Shown: one piece after another, positions 58,705 through 64,000 of the stretch
How the letters are laid out: every line of letters starts with the position of its first letter
Position numbering within the stretch: position 1 is the stretch's first letter
Assembly: GCA_040767965.1 (NCBI GenBank)
Contig: JAXGNR010000010.1
Coordinates: 1 to 64,000 of the forward strand
From: Atribacterota bacterium
Lineage (GTDB): Bacteria; Atribacterota; Phoenicimicrobiia; Phoenicimicrobiales; Stramentimicrobiaceae
Direction of reading: 5' to 3'
DNA: 64,000 bases
Translations under genes and position numbers: made by a program
The notes under the pieces: generated by a model
What the model saw: only the letters and a program-made list of their open reading frames with translations
What the model was told of the DNA's origin: nothing
Database searches by the model: none

Positions 58705-59097
58705 ATGGATGAGTTTTATTATCCTGATATAAATCGTTCAGCATTAATTGTGAAAGTTAAAAAGCCTTTTCTTGATTGGCTAATATATACCAGCAAGGAA
58801 TACGACCCTCCTGAAGATGAATTAGACCCTAATTTATTAAAAACGGAAGGATTTGATTCCAAATTCGTATATCTTATTCCAATATATGATGATATGGACA
58901 GTTATGAAAAATTCTTAAAAGAAAACTATAAAGAAATTTTCGAGCATGAATTAAGTGGTTGGTATACTGATCCTAAAATGTGGCCTAAAAACAGATCATG
59001 GAAAGTATTTCAAGAATGGTTTGAATATGAAATTCAGTCAATGGTTTTTGATATGGTGAAAAATGAATCTTTAAATTACTTAGACTATGATGAGTAA
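58705..59097 (+). CDS. Conserved hypothetical protein
   Basis: AGGAGG RBS; INRSA..VK.K.PFLDW and FE.EL.GW.TD...WP..R...F.EWF. Confidence 0.75.
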   Translation: MDEFYYPDINRSALIVKVKKPFLDWLIYTSKEYDPPEDELDPNLLKTEGFDSKFVYLIPIYDDMDSYEKFLKENYKEIFEHELSGWYTDPKMWPKNRSWKVFQEWFEYEIQSMVFDMVKNESLNYLDYDE

Positions 59098-59245
59098 GTT
59101 TTCAATGATAATATATTAATTTACCTGGTGAAATATCCATTAAAATCTAAAGCCAAGAAAAACTCTGCTTCTTTAAGTATTAAATGACACCCGATTTACA
59201 ATGAATAATATATATTAAAAAAATTGAAGAAAAAGAATAATTGCA

Positions 59246-59298
59246 TTGACAAAAATTAATTTTTATTTTAGTATAAATACTACTAAAACAATAGTATT
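59246..59298 (+). promoter_or_regulatory. Promoter and Rrf2 operator
   Basis: TTGACA, 17 bp, TAGTAT; AATACTA-CTAAAACAA-TAGTATT at 59276-59298. Confidence 0.75.
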
Positions 59299-59320
59299 AC
59301 TAGTAAAAAAGAGGTTTTAA

Positions 59321-59746
59321 ATGAGACTTTCAACTCGTGCAAGATATGGTACCAGGCTAATGGTTGAATTAGCATTAAATTACAGTAAAGGATTGATCTT
59401 TTTAAAAGATATCGCGGAAGAAGAAGAAATATCTGAAAAATACTTAAGCCATCTTGTTATACCTTTGAAGGCAAGAGGATTAATATCTTCTTCCCGGGGA
59501 GCCCATGGAGGGTATAGACTGGCAAAACATCCTGTAGAAATTACCGTTAAAGAAATAGTGCAGACTTTAGAAGGAAATATTAGTCCTGTAGAATGTGTAG
59601 CAAATCCTTCAATTTGCAAAAGGATTTCAACCTGTAAAACACATGAAGTGTGGGATATACTGGATCAAAAAATAACTGAAACGCTTAATTCAATTACCCT
59701 AAGTGACTTGATTGATAATAAAAAACAAGCAAATACAAGCAAATAA
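59321..59746 (+). CDS. Rrf2-family regulator (IscR-like, three Cys plus His)
   Basis: MRLSTRARYG, S.RG..GGY.L and ECVANPSICKRISTCKTH. Confidence 0.9.
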   Translation: MRLSTRARYGTRLMVELALNYSKGLIFLKDIAEEEEISEKYLSHLVIPLKARGLISSSRGAHGGYRLAKHPVEITVKEIVQTLEGNISPVECVANPSICKRISTCKTHEVWDILDQKITETLNSITLSDLIDNKKQANTSK

Positions 59747-59815
59747 TTGAAGATTGATCTTACCTGAATTGGAATCAATTTTTTAGAATATTTATCTTGA
59801 GGAGAATAATTCAAA

Positions 59816-61000
59816 ATGAACAATAGATTAGTTTACATGGATAATAATGCCACTACTCCCTTACATCCTCTGGTAAAGGAAGAGATGATAAAAACTATGG
59901 AAATATTTGGTAATCCCTCAAGTCTGCATCAATTTGGAAGACTTGCCAAGCAAAGGGTTAAAGAAGCAAGGACAGCCATTGCCTCCTTTGTTGGCAGCAA
60001 ACCTGAAGAAATTATCTTCACTGGATCAGGATCTGAAGCAAATAATACAGTGTTATCAATAATAGCTTGCTCTTCTACTCAGTGTGATTGTTCTGGAGCA
60101 GGCAAATACCATAAAATTATCACTACAAACATAGAGCACCCTTGTGTTTTAGAAACAGCCAGATGTATTGCAGAAAGAAATATTCCGGTAAAACTTTTAG
60201 AAGTAGATAAATATGGAAAAATCAAGCTGGAAGAATTAGAAAAAGAACTTAAAAAAAGCCCTGCTTTAGTTTCAATTATGGCAGCTAATAATGAAATAGG
60301 TACTGTTCAGGATATTAAGCAAATTGCCGATTTGACACACCAATATGGAAGTTTGTTTCATACTGATGCTGTACAGGCAGTAGGCAAAATACCTATGGAT
60401 GTTAATGATTTGGGAGTAGATTTTCTTTCAATGTCTGCTCATAAGGTATATGGCCCAAAAGGGATTGGGGCATTATATGTACGGAAAGGAACTCCTTTCT
60501 GCCCGTTAATCAGGGGAGGGCACCAGGAAAGCGGACGACGTGCTGGTACAGAAAATACTTTAGGCATTATAGCATTTGGGAAAGCTATAGAGTTGAGAAA
60601 AAAAGAAATGTCTTCTGAACATGATCTTTTATTAAAATTTAAAGAAAAAATAAAGAGTCAATTGAAAAATAAAATAGATCATATCTATTTTAATGGGCAT
60701 CCTCAAAATAGTTTGCCCAATACCTTAAATGTTTCTTTTCCAGGCGCAGAAGGTGAGGCAATTTTATTATATCTGGATTTAGCAGGAATAGCAGTATCCA
60801 CCGGTTCAGCCTGTGCTTCTGGTTCATTAGATCCTTCTCATGTTTTATTAGCTACCGGGACACCTATAGAATATGCTCATGGATCTATCAGGATAAGTAT
60901 GGGTAGGGATACAACCCTGGAAGATGTTGATTATTTGATAGAGACATTACCGGAAGTAATTACTAAAATTAGAAAAATGTCCACTATGAAGACAGGTTAA
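59816..61000 (+). CDS. nifS: Cysteine desulfurase (NifS/IscS group I)
   Basis: DNNATTP, HTDAVQ, SAHK and STGSACAS. Confidence 0.92.
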   Translation: MNNRLVYMDNNATTPLHPLVKEEMIKTMEIFGNPSSLHQFGRLAKQRVKEARTAIASFVGSKPEEIIFTGSGSEANNTVLSIIACSSTQCDCSGAGKYHKIITTNIEHPCVLETARCIAERNIPVKLLEVDKYGKIKLEELEKELKKSPALVSIMAANNEIGTVQDIKQIADLTHQYGSLFHTDAVQAVGKIPMDVNDLGVDFLSMSAHKVYGPKGIGALYVRKGTPFCPLIRGGHQESGRRAGTENTLGIIAFGKAIELRKKEMSSEHDLLLKFKEKIKSQLKNKIDHIYFNGHPQNSLPNTLNVSFPGAEGEAILLYLDLAGIAVSTGSACASGSLDPSHVLLATGTPIEYAHGSIRISMGRDTTLEDVDYLIETLPEVITKIRKMSTMKTG

Positions 61001-61010
61001 GGAGAAAACA

Positions 61011-61631
61011 ATGAGCAGTCAAGTTGATTGGGTTTATTCAGAAAAATTAAAAGAGCACTTTATTAATCCGCGTAATATCTTAGAGGACGAAGACTCCTAC
61101 CATGATGACGGAAAAGGGATTGTTGGAAATATGAAGTGTGGAGATCAGATGTTGGTTGTTATCAAGGTAGATAAAGAAAAAGGAATTATATCTGATTGCA
61201 AATGGAAAACATATGGTTGTGCCAGTGCTATTGCCAGCACTTCCATTTTGTCAGAGATGGTCAAGGGAATGACTTTAGAACAGGCATACCATCTTTCACC
61301 CAAGGATATAGCCAAAGAGTTAGGCGGATTGCCTGAAAACAAAGTGCATTGTTCTGTATTAGGAGATAAGGCCTTAAGAGCAGCAATTAATGATTATTAT
61401 AAAAGAAACGGAATGCATGATAAAATTAAAACTGAAGAAGCCAGAGTAGTTTGTCATTGCATGAATGTAACTGATGAAGAGATTGAAGATGCAGTTTTAG
61501 AAGGTGCACGTAGCTATATTGAAATTCAGGAAAGAACAAAGGCCGGAACAGTATGCGGTCAATGCAAAGATGATATCTTAAGATTGTTAGATAAATATAC
61601 AAAAGAACATTTTGGAGAAAATAAAAAATAA
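61011..61631 (+). CDS. IscU/NifU N-terminal scaffold fused to a BFD-like [2Fe-2S] domain
   Basis: HF.NPRN, CGD, GCASA and KVHC, then VCHC...CGQC. Confidence 0.9.
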   Translation: MSSQVDWVYSEKLKEHFINPRNILEDEDSYHDDGKGIVGNMKCGDQMLVVIKVDKEKGIISDCKWKTYGCASAIASTSILSEMVKGMTLEQAYHLSPKDIAKELGGLPENKVHCSVLGDKALRAAINDYYKRNGMHDKIKTEEARVVCHCMNVTDEEIEDAVLEGARSYIEIQERTKAGTVCGQCKDDILRLLDKYTKEHFGENKK

Positions 61632-61651
61632 AATAAAAAGGAGGTGATAAT

Positions 61652-61846
61652 ATGGTTGTTGATCCGGTTTGCAAAATGGAAGTAGATAAGCAGACTTGCA
61701 AGTATAAAAGTGAATATAAAGGAAAAACCTATTATTTCTGTGCTCCAGGATGCAAAATGGACTTTGACGAAAATCCTGAAAAATACCTGCAATCTTCAGG
61801 GAAACCAGAGAAAAAAAATGAGATGCCACCCTGGGGTGTTTGCTAG
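61652..61846 (+). CDS. YHS-domain protein
   Basis: DPVCKM and YKGKTYYFCAPGC..F..NPEKY; AAGGAGGTG RBS. Confidence 0.88.
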   Translation: MVVDPVCKMEVDKQTCKYKSEYKGKTYYFCAPGCKMDFDENPEKYLQSSGKPEKKNEMPPWGVC

Positions 61847-62060
61847 AGATATAGGTAAGTTTTGAAAAGTATTCATAGAAACAGGAAAAATTTCTTTTAT
61901 CTTGAATTTTTCTGATTCGGTATCCATTAATAATAGAAAAAATACATTCTAAATTTGCAGAAAAGAAGCAGCCCAATGGATACCGGAAAATATTAATTTA
62001 CATTAGACATAAAAAACATTTAGTGGTTTAATTTTAAGGCCACTATTTTTATTTATTTTA

Positions 62061-62083
62061 TATACTACTAATATAATAGTATA
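62061..62083. promoter_or_regulatory. Second Rrf2 operator, upstream of cysK
   Basis: TATACTA-CTAATATAA-TAGTATA, nearly identical to the site at 59276-59298. Confidence 0.7.
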
Positions 62084-62216
62084 AGTAGTGAATGAAATTG
62101 TAATTAAAATAATACATCAATTCAGGTCAGAAAAATATTTAAAAAGTTTTAGTAATCATTAATTAATATTTATTTGATATTTGAATTGTTTTTGCAAATA
62201 AGGAGAAGAGAAGAAG

Positions 62217-63155
62217 ATGGTTAAAATTGCCAGTGATATAACTGAACTGATTGGGCATACTCCATTAATTAGTTTAAATAGAATAACTGAAAACACTGAG
62301 ATAAAGATTATTGCAAAACTGGAATTTTTCAATCCGGGAGGCAGTATAAAAGACCGAATTGGTTTACATGATAGTAGCTGCAGAAAAACAGGGAAGTGTT
62401 TTAAAAAGATTCTGTAATTGTTGAGCCAACCAGTGGGAATACACAGGAACTGTAACTTTGGCTTTTGTTTGTGCAGTTAGAGGATACAAATTGATTCTTA
62501 CCATGCCGGAGACAATGAGTGTTGAGTGAAGAAAATGCTGGAAATATTTGGGGCTGAGATTGTTTTAACTCCAGGGAATGAAGGCATGCAGGAGTCATCA
62601 GTAAAGCAGAAGAGATTGTCAGAAGAATCCACAATCTTTTATGCCTCAGCAATCAATAATCCTGCTAATCCTGAAATTCATCAAAGAACCACCGTGATTG
62701 GAAATCTGGGAAGACACAGAGGGCCATAAGATATCCTGGTTTCTGGAGTGGGAACAGAGGAAATAATAACTGGGATATCCTTGCAATCAAAAAGATGAAA
62801 TCATCAGTTAAAACAATTGCAGTCGAACCTGCGAATTCTCCCTGTCTTTTCCGGCGGAGAGCCTGGTGTATACATAAAATTCAGGTATTGGTGCTGGTTT
62901 TGTAAGCCAGCTATTCTAGACAGAAGTATTATTGATGAAATAATCAAAGTTACTGATTTATGTAGCTTTAATTTAGTGCTGTACACTTGCGAAAGAGGAA
63001 GCGAATTTTACAGGTATATCTGCAGGTGCAGCAGTCTGGGCAGCACTAAAGATAGCCAGCAGGAAAGAAAATAAAGAAAAACAACTTCAGAAACATTCTT
63101 CCGGAGGCCCCATATGGTCTTTGCTTGTCTTTCAACTGAGCTTTTTCAAGACTAA
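62217..63155 (+). pseudogene. cysK: Cysteine synthase A with many frameshifts (decay or assembly error)
   Basis: LIGHTP, NPGGSIKDRIG, EPTSGNT, SGVGT, GIGAGF, GISAGA and LSTELF are spread over different frames. Confidence 0.85.
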
Positions 63156-63180
63156 AAAGATAGTTGTAAAGATAGTTGGG

Positions 63181-63212
63181 TCTATAATTGAAAAATAACA
63201 TTCAACTATAGA
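63181..63212 (+). terminator. Hairpin downstream of cysK
   Basis: TCTATAATTGAA...TTCAACTATAGA (one mismatch). Confidence 0.45.
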
Positions 63213-63266
63213 ATAGTCTGATCAATCAGGATAGTCAAACAACTTTCTTTGTGCCAGAATAATACA

Positions 63267-63432
63267 TATGGCCGAAGGAGCATTTGTGGCTTTTGGGGTT
63301 TGTCCAAAGACAACTTGTTTGTCTTAGGTGACTCGATCTGAACTGCCGGATGTTCCTCGGCCTCCTGTATAAGTCTAATGGGAAGATGCCTTTAAAGTGG
63401 CTATTATAGACGCGATAATACAGGAGGCCAGG
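63267..63432 (+). ncRNA. Putative IS110 bridge RNA
   Basis: Two adjacent stem-loops with internal loops: 63270-63283 pairs with 63350-63362 (inner stem 63307-63313/63319-63325), and 63361-63370 pairs with 63418-63427. Confidence 0.65.
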
Positions 63433-63455
63433 CCACAAAACAGGAGGAGAAGAAA

Positions 63456-64000
63456 ATGAAAAGACTATCCGGTGGAATCGATATCGGAAGATACACACAT
63501 CATATGATTATTCTGGATGAGAAAGAACAGATCCTATACCAGAGGAGCCTACCCCATCAATTAGGGGAAATAAAGGAAACCATGAAACAGTTGAAATCTT
63601 TACAGAAAAAAGAAAATGCTCAGCTTTCCTTTGCCTTAGAGGGTAAAAACGGTTACAGTAATCCCCTGGACCGGCTGCTTTTATCCGAGGGTTTTACTCT
63701 CTACAATGTGGATAATTACAAACTCAAACGCTTCCGGGAGGCATTTGCCGGAGAGTGGCGGGATGATAACAGAGATGCCCTGATGCTCTCTAAGATGCTA
63801 AACTTAAAAGAACATATTAATGCTAAAAAGGAAAAGGTCTTTATCGAAATAACAAAACCTTCCCTCATTCCTGAAAGCTTGAAACTGTTTTCCCGTCATC
63901 AGCAGCTTTTAATTGATGAAAAGATCAGACTGACCAATCGTCTGGGCAAGAAATTGCTGGAAGTCTGTCCTGAGCTATTAACCTTGGGTAAATTAAAATA
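63456..64000 (+). CDS. IS110 DEDD recombinase/transposase, 3'-partial (not in ORF track)
   Basis: AGGAGG RBS; frame open to the window end; GIDIG, ALEGKNGY and WRDDNRDA supply the D-E-D-D residues, followed by a coiled-coil region. Confidence 0.9.
   Translation, partial: MKRLSGGIDIGRYTHHMIILDEKEQILYQRSLPHQLGEIKETMKQLKSLQKKENAQLSFALEGKNGYSNPLDRLLLSEGFTLYNVDNYKLKRFREAFAGEWRDDNRDALMLSKMLNLKEHINAKKEKVFIEITKPSLIPESLKLFSRHQQLLIDEKIRLTNRLGKKLLEVCPELLTLGKLK

Larger units (their letters stand above)
63235..64000 (+). mobile_element. IS110-family insertion sequence (left boundary approximate, cut by the window end)
   Basis: GC content rises, a structured non-coding left end follows, then a DEDD recombinase ORF. 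Confidence 0.85.

Noticed and set aside
63156-63240. AAAGATAGTTG tandem repeat as a target-site duplication, and AGTCA/TGACT complementarity to loop 1 as a guide match
   Set aside because: IS110 elements do not make long target-site duplications, and a 5-nt match is not significant without the right end.
1029-63498. Many 60-150 aa ORFs antisense to or overlapping recognised genes (for example 2887..3249, 12022..12471, 15944..16354, 37164..37553, 61587..61976, 63235..63498)
   Set aside because: Shadow frames of real genes or of the IS end, with no RBS or recognisable motifs.

Overview
AT-rich bacterial chromosomal window from a probable diderm anaerobe (TolC-like, TRAP and PEGA genes, many Fe-S proteins). 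The gene style resembles Atribacterota/JS1-type genomes, but taxonomy cannot be fixed from the sequence alone. Highlights: (1) a 12-kb DeoR-linked catabolic island (6.8-18.8 kb) with two SDRs, TPP-dependent E1alpha/E1beta, a stand-alone lipoyl domain, a separate E2 core, no E3, an enolase homolog with a remodelled active site, Buk/Ptb and a TRAP transporter, suggesting an uncharacterised ATP-yielding pathway; (2) a selenocysteine peroxiredoxin (in-frame TGA plus SECIS-like hairpin, truncated in the ORF track) divergent from a glutaredoxin and a ferredoxin:thioredoxin reductase; (3) an IS110 recombinase at the right edge, absent from the ORF track, whose upstream region folds like a bridge RNA; (4) a yybP-ykoY riboswitch in front of a CaCA antiporter; (5) readable operators (Fur box, MerR 19-bp-spacer promoter, a three-site Rrf2-like motif, DeoR repeats); (6) unannotated microproteins and several decayed or internally deleted genes. 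Indels in dus and cysK suggest assembly errors near the window ends, so single lesions there need read-level checks. No rRNA, tRNA or CRISPR array was seen. Family assignments come from motif recognition, not database searches.
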